Assembly (NCBI RefSeq): GCF_963506605.1
Contig: NC_083276.1
Span: 82,212,001-82,276,000 of the forward strand
Source: Zootoca vivipara
Lineage: Eukaryota
Length of the DNA: 64,000 nt
Reading direction: 5' to 3'
The notes beneath the pieces were generated by a model that was given only the letters and a program-made list of their open reading frames with translations, searched no databases and was not told the origin of the DNA. Of the stretch, positions 51,354 through 63,940 are shown one piece after another. A program made the position numbers and the translations under genes. Each line of letters begins with the position of its first letter. Position 1 is the stretch's first letter.

Positions 51354-51584
51354 GAATCTTCTGCCAATCATTTGCTGAAGGATCTGAAAACACACAGGAC
51401 ACACAGGACACTGAACACTTGGAACGGCTCATTTTCCACAATATTTTCTGACTCAGAGAGTTCACAAGGGCAATTAAAAATGGGGACGAAGGAGATTACT
51501 TGTTTAATGAGATTCTCACTTATACACACTTCAGAATTATTTTGGGCTTTAAATTTCTCACCTGGAAAAAAGTCATGTTTTTAC

Positions 51585-51852
51585 TGTATTGGCCTGAATA
51601 TAAGCCACACCCGAATATAAGACTCACTTTTAAAATTCAAGGGGGGAAAAGAAAACAAGACAATACCTGAATATAAGCCGCTCCCGTAAAATTCTGCAGG
51701 CGCTCACACCCGTTCAATTTTACCGCATGTCTGTTTCAGCAGCAATATTGTAAAAGCCCATTTTTGTAAGGTCACAAATTTAAGCCACACTTTAACTTTT
51801 CACGGTCAGGAATTTTTTTTGGGGGGGATGAGGCTTGTATTCAGGCCAATAT
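51585..51852. mobile_element. Tc1/mariner-like MITE
   Basis: Inverted termini tattggcctgaatataagcc / ggcttgtattcaggccaata. A related end lies at ~55830-55857. Confidence 0.65.
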
Positions 51853-52321
51853 GATAAAATACTTTTTAATCTGACACTTTTCTCAGTTTGTTCGTTTGTT
51901 TTTAAATCTGACTTTACTGTTGTTATTTTGCAAAAAAACAAAAGTCTCTGAAATATTATAGTGCAATGACTATGGCAGTTCAGAGAAATGTATTATGAAT
52001 GTGCTCTAATTTCTAGAGATCAGAAAATATCATTTACAGTACAGAGAACTGACGTAGGAAGATACATACTTCTGGCTCTGTCAGTTACACGTTATGAGAG
52101 TTTGACCAGATTCATGGAAATAAATCTTTGTTCATATTAAACAGATTGTTTTAATTATATATAGGAATATATTGCAATTGGATTGAGACGGGAACCCTCA
52201 AAACACTTGCTAGGATGCAAGAATACACTATGACATTGTGTTGCAGATGCAACTTTTTTCATCAAACAGCATCAAAAGACTCAGCAATTAAATGTAAGAA
52301 TATTAGTCCATTTGTGTATTC

Positions 52322-52457
52322 CAGACACCCCCAAATTTCAGCCCTCCAGATGTTTTGGACTACAATTCCCATCATCCCTGACCACTGGTCCTGTTAGCTA
52401 GGGATCATGGGAGTTGTAGGCCAAAACATCTGGAGGGCCAAAGTTTGGGGATGCCTG
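52322..52457. mobile_element. Short palindromic hAT MITE
   Basis: Perfect TSD gtgtattc (52314-52321 and 52458-52465); same family as 21318. Confidence 0.88.
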
Positions 52458-53096
52458 GTGTATTCTCTTTCAGTTCCAAGCGTCAATCACTCCTTCTGTC
52501 ATGATTTGTGAATTAACTTTATTTAAAGGTGATGATCGTGAGCCATTAACACAATGCTAGAAGTGGATGTCGTGTCTGCACTGAGAGTCACTAGAGAGGC
52601 AAGGAGGTGCGGTGGCAGTGAGGTTTGCACAGTGCAGATGCACCCGTGAACTCAATGTGGTGCTCTGCTGGCCCATTTACAATGTACCAAGTCAGCTCCA
52701 TCACACCCCTTCCCCTCTCTATCCTGGTAGGCTGCAGCAACTCATCTGGACAGATGTGTGCAGCCCTGTGTATGTCTTCTGCAGACACCTGGTGGTTCCA
52801 GATGGGGATGTTCATCCCCTGACACATCAAGACACACATGAGCAGTTCAAAGAAGGCTTGAATGCCATCCTTGTGTTTGCATCATCATCATCAGCAGCTG
52901 TATAAGTGAAAAACCTACATGCTGATCTCCCTTGATGTATTTGGCTAATCGTATTTGAGGTGGTATGGAAGTTCAGCCTAGGCTCTTTCCTCCATGGTGA
53001 CTCATGTTTAGCTGCAAATCACCACCTAATGCTGCAGGCAAGACATGTGAGAACAAGATAGAGAACAGGGCAGCCGGGGGGGGGGGCTCTGTTGTT

Positions 53097-53265
53097 GACC
53101 CTGATGTTGGGAAAGACAGGGAGAAGGGGACGACAGAGGACGAGATGGTTGGACAGTCTACCAACATGAGTCTGACCAAACTGCGGGAAGACAGGAGTGC
53201 CTGGCGTGCTCCGTTCCATGGGGTCACGAAGAGACGGACACGACTAAACGACTAAACGACAACAA
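53097..53265 (+). mobile_element. BovB (RTE) 3' end fragment
   Basis: Encodes ...TNMSLTKLRE...AWRA--HGVTKRRTRLND and ends with a cgactaaacgac/(caa) tail. Confidence 0.88.
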
Positions 53266-54054
53266 AAGCTTATCCTTTAATTGAATGGAATTTTAAAAAA
53301 ATATATCTAGAGGTTTTCTGTTGTTATTCTGAAATCATAGTTATCATAATCATTCTGGCACCAAAATTATGCAACCCTTTGAACTCACCAAGCCTCATTT
53401 CCTTACCTTCTCAAGCCCATCCAGTGAGAGACCCCTTCTTGCTATTTCCAGGCTCTGCAAAGCTTTCCAAACTAGGATAAATAAAAATAGAACTAAGTTG
53501 CAGGGAAACTGGAAGCCAAATTTAGGTGTACTGGGTTATGCTCACATGGTTTTCTGTCGCTGGCCACTGATGGCCAATTAATGATAGAGAATGTCATTTT
53601 TCTCTTGGTGATAAGCTTAAAGTGTCTTCTGGCAGCACCATATGGAAGAGCTGCAAGGTTATGGAAAGTGTCTCTGTTCCGCTGCTGAGCTCTGGAACCA
53701 AGAGCTCTAGGGTCTATCTGCCCTTTTCCTTGTTGTACTAGGAAATCAATGGATATCTTTAAAGTTTTACTTTGAATATAAAAGATGGCAATTTTAATTT
53801 CCTCAGATGAAGCTGATCTCAGTGTTCTACTGTTCCATCACATCTAATAGTCCTGATTAGAAAGAGCAGGTGGATATTTATCCAGAACGTTCTGATCCCC
53901 CCCCCCAGTGCTATCAGTGGGACTGCATTTCAGAGCTCTGGTGCAATTAAAGGTTTGCATTTGGTGCCTGTTGCTCTCAGGTGGGTTGCTATATGATTAG
54001 GTAGTTGGGTAAAGATTTGTTTACTCACTAGAAGGAACAAGTGTTGTGAACATA

Positions 54055-54076
54055 TTCCCTAGAGTTCATTAACTTG
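54055..54076 (-). promoter_or_regulatory. Candidate OR promoter composite: homeodomain site (TAATGA) abutting an O/E (Ebf)-like site
   Basis: ttccctagagttcattaacttg is identical at 60591-60612 upstream of the paralog, while the surrounding sequence has diverged. Confidence 0.55.
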
Positions 54077-54080
54077 TATG

Positions 54081-54574
54081 TCATAGAATCATAGAATCAT
54101 AGAGTTGGAAGAGACCACAAGGGCCATCCAGTCCAACCCCCGGCCAAGCAGGAAACACCATCAAAGCATCTTTCACATATGCCTGTCAAGCCTCTGCTTA
54201 AAGACCTCCAAAGAAGGAGACTCCACCACACTCCTTGGTAGCAAATTCCACTGCCGAACAGCTCTTACTGTCAGGAAGTTCTTCCTAATGTTTAGGTGGA
54301 ATCTTCTTTCTTGTAGTTTGAATCCATTGCTCCGTGTCCGCTTCTCTGGAGCAACAGAAAACAACCTTTCTCCCTCCTCTAAATGACATCCTTATATATA
54401 TTTGAACATGGCTATCATATCACCCCTTAACCTTCTCTTCTCCAGGCTAAACATACCCAGCTCCCTAAGCCGTTCCTCATAAGGCATCGTTCCCAGGCCT
54501 TTGACCATTTTGGTTGCCCTCTTCTGGACACGTTCCAGCTTGTCAGTATCCTTCTTGAACTGTGGTGCCCAGAA
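54081..54574 (-). mobile_element. CR1 LINE 3' fragment
   Basis: (catagaat)n tail. Minus-strand ORFs [15 protein letters not shown]...[11 protein letters not shown] and [32 protein letters not shown]. Confidence 0.93.
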
Positions 54575-54979
54575 TATGTCCACAGTCCACAGTCACCCAT
54601 CCATCAGAATTCCATATTATCTATGAGCTTCAGTGAATATTCATGAGTTTTATATTTTTAGCTGAAATATGCACTTTCTTTTTTCTTTTTTGGTCAAATT
54701 AATTCCCTACACTTTGCACACATGCACAAAGGTAATATTTAGCTCACAACATCTTGAGATTATTTGCACATACCAGCCCCTATGCACTTTGTTGATCGTA
54801 GCTCTTTAGTTCAGAGACATCTTGATAACACCCTGAAGCAAGTGAAACCATGTAGACCTACAGGCCAATCATATAGGATGTGGGGCGCCATGATGTCACT
54901 GGGATGTCTGAATAAATGAACCCATGCAAGCAGAAAAAAGCCAATCATGTACCATGTTGCATCATGACATATTGAATTC

Positions 54980-55023
<44 letters not shown>

Positions 55024-55028
55024 GAATA

Positions 55029-55312
55029 CAGTGGTGCCTCGCTAGACGAATGCCGTGTAAGATGAACTTTTCGCTTAATGAAGATATTTTTCTAGCAGAG
55101 GTTGCCTTGCAAGACGAATTTGTTTTGCGAAAAAATCGTCTAGCGAATAACGGTTTCCCATAGGAATGCATTGAAATTCAATTAATGCGTTCCTATGGGC
55201 AATTTTTAAAAAAACAAAATTCAATGCATTCCTATGGGATTCGCTAGACGAATTTTTCGTTATACGAATTGACCCGTGGAATGAATTAAATCCGTCAGGC
55301 GAGGCACCACTG
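55029..55312. mobile_element. Tc1/mariner (Tigger-like) MITE
   Basis: TIRs cagtggtgcctcgc / gcgaggcaccactg with TA TSD. Flanked by (AAT)n and (TACA)n. Confidence 0.88.
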
Positions 55313-56044
55313 TACATACATACATACATACATACATACATACATACATACATACCGCACCCATCAGAAACCTAATGGTGAACAAAAATTATGATAAGCA
55401 TGTTGAGAACAGAGAGAAAAGGATTCCGTCATAGGGAATCCTATGATGGGAATGCCAGGTGCTTGCATATGGTTTATTTTTCTAGAAAAAAAAGAGATGC
55501 TGGAATTCAGCACAAACACCTCTCTCGTTCTTTAAGAATGGCAATGGCGCCCACCTGAGAGGTGCCAGAACTGAGTTCTGGTGAGTTCCAGGTGAAAAAA
55601 AGCCCTGGGTTTACCTTTTTCTCTCCCTCCCCCCACAGTGGCAGAGGAAGGGGGTTGCGGTAGGTGCAGCGGTTGTGAGTAAGGGTAAAGGACGCCGGCA
55701 ACACAGCCCAGCCCCCGCGCCCCCAGTATGCAGCCAGGAGCAGCGAGGAATGGAGCAGCTTATATTCAGGTATTTTTTATATTTTTTCTCTCCCCCCCCT
55801 CCAACTTTAAAGGTGCGGCTTATATTCGGGTGTGGCTTATATTCAGGCCAATATGGTATTAAAACAGTAATCCATAATAATTTTTATATTTGCAATTGCA
55901 TTGAGTTTGCATTTTTCATTTCATTAACAGAGTTGACAACAGTGAACTCAAGATTTATTTCCTAAGTGGATACATACAAGCAATTCAGACTCCACAACCA
56001 TATACATTGTTAGAATTTATTTGCCCTAAATACCATCACTTCTT

Positions 56045-56543
56045 GGTCCTATCACCTCCTGGCAAATAGAAGGGGAAGAAATGGAGACAGTGAGAGATTT
56101 TACTTTCTTGGGCTCCTTGATCACTGCAGATGGTGACAGCAGTCACGAAATTAAAAGATCGCCGAAGAATTGATGCTTTTGAATTATTGTGCTGGAGGAG
56201 ACTCTTGAGAGTCCCATGGACTGCAAGAAGATCAAACCTATCCATTCTGAAGGAAATCAGCCCTGAGTGCTCACTGGAAGGACAGATCCTGAAGCTGAGG
56301 TTCCAATACTTTGGCCACCTCATGAGAAGAGAAGAATCCTCGGAAAAGACCCTGATGTTGGGAAAGATTGAGGGCACTAGGAGAAGGGGACGTCAGAGGA
56401 CAAGATGGTTGGACAGTGTTCTCAAAGCTACGAACATGAGTTTGACCAAACTGCGGGAGGCAGTGCAAGACAGGAGTGCCTGGCGTGCTATGGTCCATGG
56501 GGTCACGAAGAGTCGGACACGACTAAACGACTAAACAACAACA
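56045..56543 (+). mobile_element. BovB (RTE) LINE 3' fragment with internal deletion
   Basis: RRIDAFELLCWRRLLRVPWTARRSN...HGVTKSRTRLND with a (caa)n tail. TSD accatcacttctt at 56032-56044 and 56544-56556. Confidence 0.93.
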
Positions 56544-57369
56544 ACCATCACTTCTTACTAATTTACACTGAATCTCATTTCATTTATTGTTGCCAGCTTA
56601 TCACAATCACAACACAGCACAATCACAAGTCCTTCCTGCTGAAGGATGATTGGTGCAAGGTGGAGGAAGGTAAGGATGAATCTGTATATCTTAAATTCAG
56701 GTCTCCACATTTCCACAGCAATTTGCAATTTGGTGTTGTTGTTTTTTAAAAAAATAAAAATAAAAATCCTCATGAAAATTTATCACCTTTTTAGTGTTCA
56801 GTTTTGACAAATATACACATTTTTGCAAAGACTCCACTAATATAATGCATTTTCCCCCTACACATTGTTTGACTAAAGAACAGCATTGCAAAATTGGGGA
56901 AAGTGTGAATTTTGAAGGAGAGCTATGTTTCTGTTCACATCTTGGTTCATACATGCCCTGATGCTTTCCTTTCTGTGACTGCCTTAAACAGGAGCAAAAG
57001 GATTTCTCTTCATTCTCTACGCTGTCTCCCTTCTACAACTGTAATCTCCCACATAATTTAGTTGACTAAGAGGTTATAAGCCAGCCACAGAGTTCTGAGA
57101 TCTGGAAGACTAAGGTGAAAAAGAGAATCTTTACTGCTCACATTCATAGGTGCCAACTCCCTGGGGCCCTGGGTGCCTGAGCACCCACAAAATTCCTCAT
57201 GAATGGCACTCATAAATTTCAGTGCCAGGGCTACATGACACCCATGGCTCCGGGCAACAACAGTTGTGGGGCCAAGTTGACACTCTTATGGGACAAATAC
57301 CTCCATTTGAGACTGAGACATATAAAACTGAAAGCTGTCAGTCATGTGCATTGAGAAGCCGACCATTTG

Positions 57370-58215
57370 AGCCAGTGTGGTGTAGTGGTTAAGAGCGGTA
57401 GACTTGTAATCTGGGGAACCGGGTTCATGTCTCCGCTCCTCCACATGCAGCTGCTGGGTGACCTTGGGCTAGTCACACTTCTTTGAAGTCTCTCAGCCCC
57501 AGTCACCTCACAGAGTGTTTGTTGTGGGGGAGGAAGGGAAAGGAGAATGTTAGCCGCTTTGAGACTCCTTGTTGTTGTTGTTTAGTCGTTTAGTCGTGTC
57601 CGACTCTTCGTGACCCCATGGACCATAGCACGCCAGGCACTCCTGTCTTGCACTGCCTCCCGCAGTTTGGTCAAACTCATGTTCGTAGCTTCGAGAACAC
57701 TGTCCAACCATCTTGTCCTCTGTCGTCCCCTTCTCCTTGTGCCCTCCATCTTTCCCAGCATCAAGGTCTTTTCCAAGGATTCTTCTCTTCTCATGAGGTG
57801 GCCAAAGTATTGGAGCCTCAGCTTCACGATCTGTCCTTCCAGGGAGCACTCAGGGCTGATTTCCTTAAGAATGGATAGGTTTGATCTTCTTGCAGTCCAT
57901 GGGACTCTCAAGAGTCTCCTCCAGCACCACAATTCAAAAGCATCAATTCTTCGGCGATCAGCCTTCTTTATGGTCCAGCTCTCACTTCCATACATCACTA
58001 CTGGGAAAACCATAGCTTTAACTATACGGACCTTTGTCGGCAAGGTGATGTCTCTGCTTTTTAAGATGCTGTCTAGGTTTGTCATTGCTTTTCTCCCAAG
58101 AAGCAGACGTCTTTTAATTTCGTGACTCCTTAGGGTAGTGATAAAGCAGGATATCAAATCCAATCTCCTCCTCCTCCTCCTCTTCCTCCTCCTCCTCCTC
58201 TCCTTCTTCTTCTTC
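57370..58215 (+). mobile_element. Squam3-like tRNA SINE, split by a BovB insertion
   Basis: Head with A/B-box-like tggtgtagtggttaagagc...gggttc. The body resumes after the BovB at 58124 and ends in a (CTC/CTT)n tail. Confidence 0.8.
57571..58123 (-). mobile_element. BovB (RTE) LINE 3' fragment nested in the SINE
   Basis: Uninterrupted frame HEIKRRLLLGRKAMTNLDSILKSRDITLPTKV...TRLND. TSD gactcctt at 57563-57570 and 58124-58131. Confidence 0.94.
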
Positions 58216-58344
58216 AATACAGTGCCTCAAATTAGACTTTTGAACTTTAGAAGTTATGATGATAATAGCATTCAGATGTGTATTACAAAGCTAGCTTACA
58301 CACTTATTTCTGATCTATCAAGTTATCTTTACAATCTTCTTAAT

Positions 58345-59280
58345 TTAGAACTCTGTCCTCCTTGCCATGAACTTCTTCACAGCCTTTTTCACATCCTTGT
58401 TCCTTAAGCTGTAAATGAGGGGGTTCAGCATGGGAAAGACTACTGTGTAGAATGTGGAAGCCCATTTTTCACTCCCAATGGCATAGCTGGAACTGGGGCG
58501 TGAGTAAATGAAGAGGATGGAGCCATAGTATAAGGTGACAGCTGTCAGGTGGGAGGCACATGTGGAGAAGGCTTTGCGCCTACCATCAGTGGAGTGGATT
58601 CTCAAGATGGCCACTAGTATAAAGGCGTAAGAGGCAAGGATGAAGGCTGAAGGGGCAATGATGTTAAAAGTCAGGAGAATGTACAGCATAGTCTGGTAAT
58701 TCTCCGACACATTACAGGAAAGCTTCACCAGAGGAGGTACGTCGCAGAAGAAGTCATCAATGACATTGCCATCACAGAAGCTCAATGTGAAGGTTTCACT
58801 AGTAAGGACAGTGGCATTGATGAACCCCCCGAGATAAGAGAGGGCCACCAGTGCTGTGCACAGCTTTGTGGACATGGCAGTGGCATATGAGAGTGGCTTA
58901 GCAATGGCCACATAACGGTCATAGGCCATGGCTGCCAGAAGGTAGCACTCGCTATAGGCAAGGCCAGCTGAGAAGAAGAATTGGGAGGCACAACCACCAA
59001 AGGAAATGCTCTTGTCTTCAGAGATGCAGTTCACCAAGATCTTTGGCGTGTAGACGGAGGAATACCACAGATCCAGGAAGGAAAGGTTCCCAATGAAGAA
59101 ATACATGGGTGTCTGGAGGTGAGAGCTGCTGCAGATTAGAACAATGAGTGCAATGTTCCCGGCTAGACTAGCTATATAAATGATGAGAAACACCACAAAC
59201 AGTATCAGTTGCAGTTTGGGATTTGTTGTGAATCCCAAAAGGATGAATTCAGTGACTGTGGTGTGATTTCCTCCTTCCAT
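58345..59280 (-). CDS. OR9G1-like: Olfactory receptor, OR9G1-like (G3), intact, 311 aa
   Basis: Nearly identical to G2; differs only in the C-terminal quarter. Acceptor at ~59311. Confidence 0.93.
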   Translation of the reverse strand: MEGGNHTTVTEFILLGFTTNPKLQLILFVVFLIIYIASLAGNIALIVLICSSSHLQTPMYFFIGNLSFLDLWYSSVYTPKILVNCISEDKSISFGGCASQFFFSAGLAYSECYLLAAMAYDRYVAIAKPLSYATAMSTKLCTALVALSYLGGFINATVLTSETFTLSFCDGNVIDDFFCDVPPLVKLSCNVSENYQTMLYILLTFNIIAPSAFILASYAFILVAILRIHSTDGRRKAFSTCASHLTAVTLYYGSILFIYSRPSSSYAIGSEKWASTFYTVVFPMLNPLIYSLRNKDVKKAVKKFMARRTEF

Positions 59281-59482
59281 GAATCTTCTGTCAATCATTT
59301 GCTGAAGGACCTGAAAAGACATAGGACACTTAACACTTGGAATGGCCCCATGGTGTCCTATTAAAGCTCATTTTCCTCAATATTTTCTGAATCAGAGAGT
59401 TCACAAGGGCAATTAAAAATAAGGGGAAAGGTGACTTGTTTACTGAAATTAAACAAGAGGAACCGGGGATGACCGGCGGTAC

Positions 59483-59817
59483 AGATCTCCTGCCCCCTTA
59501 CCCCTTTGTTTTGACTGATTGGGGGAGGCTCGGGAGTCACAGCAGACCAGCCGTTCCCAGTTTAAAAAAACTCTGGGCATTTATGTTTCACAGGGTGCGA
59601 AAGAAGGACTTTGTACCTTGCCTGGCAGAGAAACTGTGTGCCTTGTGCCCCTCCTGGGCAATGACCACCCGCTCGCGACTCCCGAGCCTCCCCCGATCTG
59701 TCAAAACAAAGGGGGAAGGAGATCAGGGAAGGCTCAGGAGTCTGAGTGGTGCACCTTTGCCCAATTTTTAAAAACTCTGCACATTTATGTTTCACAGGGT
59801 GCGAAAGAAGGGCTTTG
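59483..59817. repeat. Interleaved inverted and direct repeat structure
   Basis: Inverted arms at ~59483-59560 and ~59653-59724. Direct repeats aaaactctg..catttatgtttcacagggtgcgaaagaagg.ctttg at ~59567-59613 and ~59771-59817. Confidence 0.85.
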
Positions 59818-60590
59818 GACCTTTATACAATATGCATGTGTGCTTGGGCCCATGGTCTTTTGCCTCACCATCTCAACTACTGACTCCCTGTTGCTACTCA
59901 GTTTCAAAAAAAAAAAAGTGTCTCTGGATTCATTGAAAAAAATCTGGTAACCATAATCTAGACATCTTCAGTTCTAAAATCATAGTCATCATAATCATTC
60001 TGGCAGCACAACCATGAATGGTTGAAAACCTAATTTCCTTACCTCATCAAACGCATCCAAGGAGAGAGCTCTTATTTTCCTTTCAGATGCTGCAAATCTT
60101 TCAAAGCCAGGAGACATTAAAAGAAAAGTGACGTTGCATGAAAACGGGAAGTCAGTTTTGGGTGTGCTGGGTTATGAACACATGGTTTTCTATTGCTTGC
60201 AAATAATGGCTCTGGTGTCTGTGTCCCCTTTTCCTTGTTATATTGGAAAGGAAGTAGGTATCATTCCATACATAATGCATGGGATTCTAGAAATGTTGTA
60301 ACTGGAATATAAAAAGGGAAAGATGGCATTATAAATCTTCTCAGAAGAAGCTGATCTCAGTGTACTTCTGTTCCCTCATGAAATAATCCTGACTGCCAAG
60401 GGCAGGTGGGGAGAAGGTTCTCTCTTTCTGAAGGTCTTGTGGTCCCAGTGTGCTGTCAGTGGGGTGGCATTTCAGAGTCTGGTTCAATTAAAAGGTTGCA
60501 TTTGGTGTTTGTTGCTCTCAGGTGGGCTGCTATATGATAGTTGTGTAAAGATTTGTTTACTTACTATATTCCTTGTGGAGGGAATAAGTC

Positions 60591-60612
60591 TTCCCTAGAG
60601 TTCATTAACTTG
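60591..60612 (-). promoter_or_regulatory. Candidate OR promoter composite (paralog of 54055-54076)
   Basis: Identical 22-mer upstream of OR G3. Confidence 0.55.
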
Positions 60613-60750
60613 CATGAGGCACCTACATTATGTTTATCTTTATGATTTCAACAAGAAAAAGCAGCAAATGTAAGGGTTGCAGATCCATTAGAAGTCCATA
60701 TTATCTGGGAGCTTTGACAAATATTCATTAGTTTTTAATTTTCAGCTGAG

Positions 60751-61190
60751 ATCATTGAATTGTAGAATTGTAGAGGTGGAAGGGACAACAAGGGTCATCT
60801 AGTCCAACCCCCTGCAATGCAGGAATCTCAGCTAAAGCATCCATGACAGATGGCCATCCAACCTCTGCTTAAAGACCTCAAAGGAAGGAGAGTCCACCAC
60901 TTCCTGAGGGAGTCTGTTCCACTGTCAAATAGCTCTTACTGTCAGAAAGGTTTCCTGTATGTCTAGTCGGAATTTCCTTTCTTGTAACTTGAAGCCATTG
61001 GTTCGAGATCTACCCTCCAGAGCAGGAGAAAACAAACTTGCTCCATCTTCCATGTGACAGCCCTTGAGATATTGCTACCATATCTCCTCTCAATCTCCTC
61101 TTTTCCAGGCTAAACACACCCAGTTCCTTCAACCTTTGTTGAACCTTTGTTTCCAGCCCCTTGATCATCTTGGTTGCCCTCCTCTGCACA
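60751..61190 (-). mobile_element. CR1 LINE 3' fragment
   Basis: The minus strand encodes VQRRATKMIKGLETK...[15 protein letters not shown]. Degenerate terminal repeat at 60751-60775. Confidence 0.88.
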
Positions 61191-61210
61191 TTATATATTA
61201 GTGTGGTTTG

Positions 61211-61250
<40 letters not shown>

Positions 61251-61298
61251 ATCTGGTGCTGAAGTGACTTCAAAGCAATCCATTACAATCTGTTGCAG

Positions 61299-61380
<82 letters not shown>

Positions 61381-61439
61381 ACGGACCTGTAAATGTATTT
61401 GTGGTTGGCTACCCAGAATTTAAATACATGACATTTCAC

Positions 61440-62542
61440 ACATCCTTTCAAACACATGCATTTGAAGAGGAGGAAATGTGAACTTGTTTATTCTCTTTGA
61501 CTTCTCAGTGGATTTTGATACCTTCAACAATTATATCCTTCTGAAGCAGGTGTCTGAGTTAGGGGTGGGCAGCTCTAGTATGAAGTGGTTCCGATCCTAC
61601 TCGGATGGTCATTTCCAGAGGGTGATGCTTGGGGAATGCTCTTCAAAGTGGGGTTCCTGTACCCCCTGAGGCACTGCTAGTGTGTGGCTCCTTAGACCAA
61701 ATAGATGGGAGGTTGCCTGCCCTTTCTGGGATTACACTTTTTCTGAAGGAGCAGGTACATAGCTTGGGGGGTATTTCTGGATCCTTTGCTGGTGCTCGAG
61801 GCTCAGGTGGTTTCAGTGGCATGGAGTGCTGTCCACCAGCTTTGGCTAGTGGACCAGTAATGCCCCTATCTGGACAGGGATAAGCTAACTACTGTTGTCT
61901 GTGCTCTGGTAACTTCTAGGTTAGATTATTGCAATGTGTTATATGTTGGGCTGCCTCTGAAAACTGTTCAGAAACTTCAGCTGGCACAACTTTGGTGGCC
62001 AGATTGCTCACCGGGGCAAGATGGTTTGAGCACATTACACTGATCCTGGGCCAACTACACTGGCTGCCAATTAGTGTCTGGGCCCAATTCAAAGTGCTGG
62101 TTTTGACCAACACAAAACCTTAAATGGCTCAGGACTGCAATACCTCAAGGCCTCTCTCCATTTGACTCAAACTGGACCCTGCAATCATTCTCTGAGGCCC
62201 TTCTTTGTCCTCCTCCTCCAAGAGGGGTCCAGATGGTGGCAACACAAGTTTTCTGCAGTAGCTCTCCAATTGTGGAATGCTTTCCCAGATAATTTCCACT
62301 GGTGCCATCATTACCTTTAGGCACCAGGTGAAAACGTTCCTCTTTAACAAGACCTTGGGGGAAGGGTTTTGTTTGTTTATTCTTTGTTTTTGTTCTTGTT
62401 TTTATTACGTATTTTGTGTTTTTATCTTGTATTTTTATGCTGTGAACCTCTCTGAGATCTACAGATGAAGGGCACTATGCAAGTTAAATAAGTGAGTAAG
62501 CCAGTCAGTCAGTCAGTCAATCAATCAATCAATCAATCAATC
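61440..62542 (+). mobile_element. L2-clade LINE 3' fragment
   Basis: RT-like LILFDFSVDFDTFN...KWFRSY and HITLILGQLHWLPI...FKVLVL, then ttgtggaatgc, a 3' UTR and an (aagt/agtc/aatc)n tail. Confidence 0.8.
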
Positions 62543-63209
62543 ATGACAACCATCTGGCCAGAAACAGACAAGGATTCCTTGGATCAAAATTTCTTTTTAT
62601 GCATGTGATTCATAAATGAGATTTATATGCTCATAAATAACAAAAAGTTCTCTGAGAAATGTCCAGGAACTTTGGCATCTCATTGGCATCAGCTGTCTCG
62701 CCAGAACATATTTCACATCCTTGCACCTGATTGTGAGTCACAGAGTCACATTGGGGATGCTGACACCTTTATAATAACATTTATTCATTTTTCAAGCAAA
62801 ACAAACAAACAAAAACATTTCATATAAATTCATAACTTTTATTAATCAGTGGTATGTGACTCCCCCCCAGTCCCCTCCATCTGAATTTCATATCAAATCA
62901 TCTTTGGCAGTTCCAAAATCCAATGCCTCATCAAAATCTAACTATATAAACTTAACCTATTCTCTAAACTTAACCTGTTCTCTACCTTTGACACCTTGTC
63001 CCTATCTGATTTAGTGAAGGTGGTCTTCAGCATGGTGTTGGAGAACCCTAGAACCAGTGCTATTTTTCTGGTAAAAGAGGTGCTAGGACTCACCATGAAC
63101 AACTCTCTTGTTCTCTTAGAATGGCAATGGTGCCCCTCTGAGAGGTGCTAGAACTGTGTTCCAGTGATTCTCAGCAGGAAAAAAAAGCCTTGACTAGAAC
63201 TGTTGACTA

Positions 63210-63940
63210 TTGTCTAGGCCTAGGGGACTTCATTGTCATTGTGTATGCTGATGACCAGCTCTCACAGCTCTAGCTTGGGCCTTCATGACCACCATAATAG
63301 GCTGATGAAAGGCACTCTGTGCCAATGAAACCACCTGAGCTTCAAGCAATAGCAAAGGGTCCAGAAGTACCCCCAAGCTATGTAACCCACTCCTTCAGAA
63401 GAAGTGTAACCCCAGAGCAGGCAACCTCCCATCCATCCAGCCTAGGGAACCACCCAGAAACAGTGCCTCAGTCTTGTCTGAATTGAGCTTCAGTTGTTGC
63501 CTCTCATCCAATCCATTATCAAGGCAAGACAATGGTCCAGCACATCCCCAGCCACACCTGCAGATGTAAAGGGGAAGTAGAGCTATGTGTCATCAGCATA
63601 TTGCTGACAACATACTCCAAAACTCTGGATAACCCCACTCAGTGGTTTCATGTTAAACAGCAAAGGGGATGAAATTGAACCCTGAGGAACCACACTTTGA
63701 AGGCTCCATGGGGCTGAAGAGCACTCCCCAAGCATCACCCTCTAGAAATGACCATTCAAGCAGGACTGGAACCACTTCAAAGTGGAACTAACTCAGATAC
63801 CCGCTCCAGAAGTGGCTGATGGCATTGAAAGCTACTGAGAGGTCAAGGATAATTAACAGGGACACATTTCCCCTGTCTCTCTCCTGGCAGAGGTCTCCAT
63901 ACAGGGTGGAACCTGGCTTAAATCCTGATTGACATGTCCA
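63210..63940 (-). mobile_element. Degraded L2-like RT fragment
   Basis: The minus strand has ggttcctcagggttcaatttcatcccc...tttaac (VPQGS) and caatatgctgatgacac (QYADD). Confidence 0.7.

Noticed and set aside
55426-55451. Short palindrome ccgtcataggg-aatcctatgatggg
   Set aside because: Too short and isolated to assign a function.
57370-57445. tRNA gene
   Set aside because: It is the tRNA-derived head of a SINE, continuing into the SINE body and tail. The same applies to the Sauria SINE heads.
57582-58217. 211-aa protein-coding gene
   Set aside because: 5'-truncated BovB ORF end fused to a SINE microsatellite tail; not an autonomous element.
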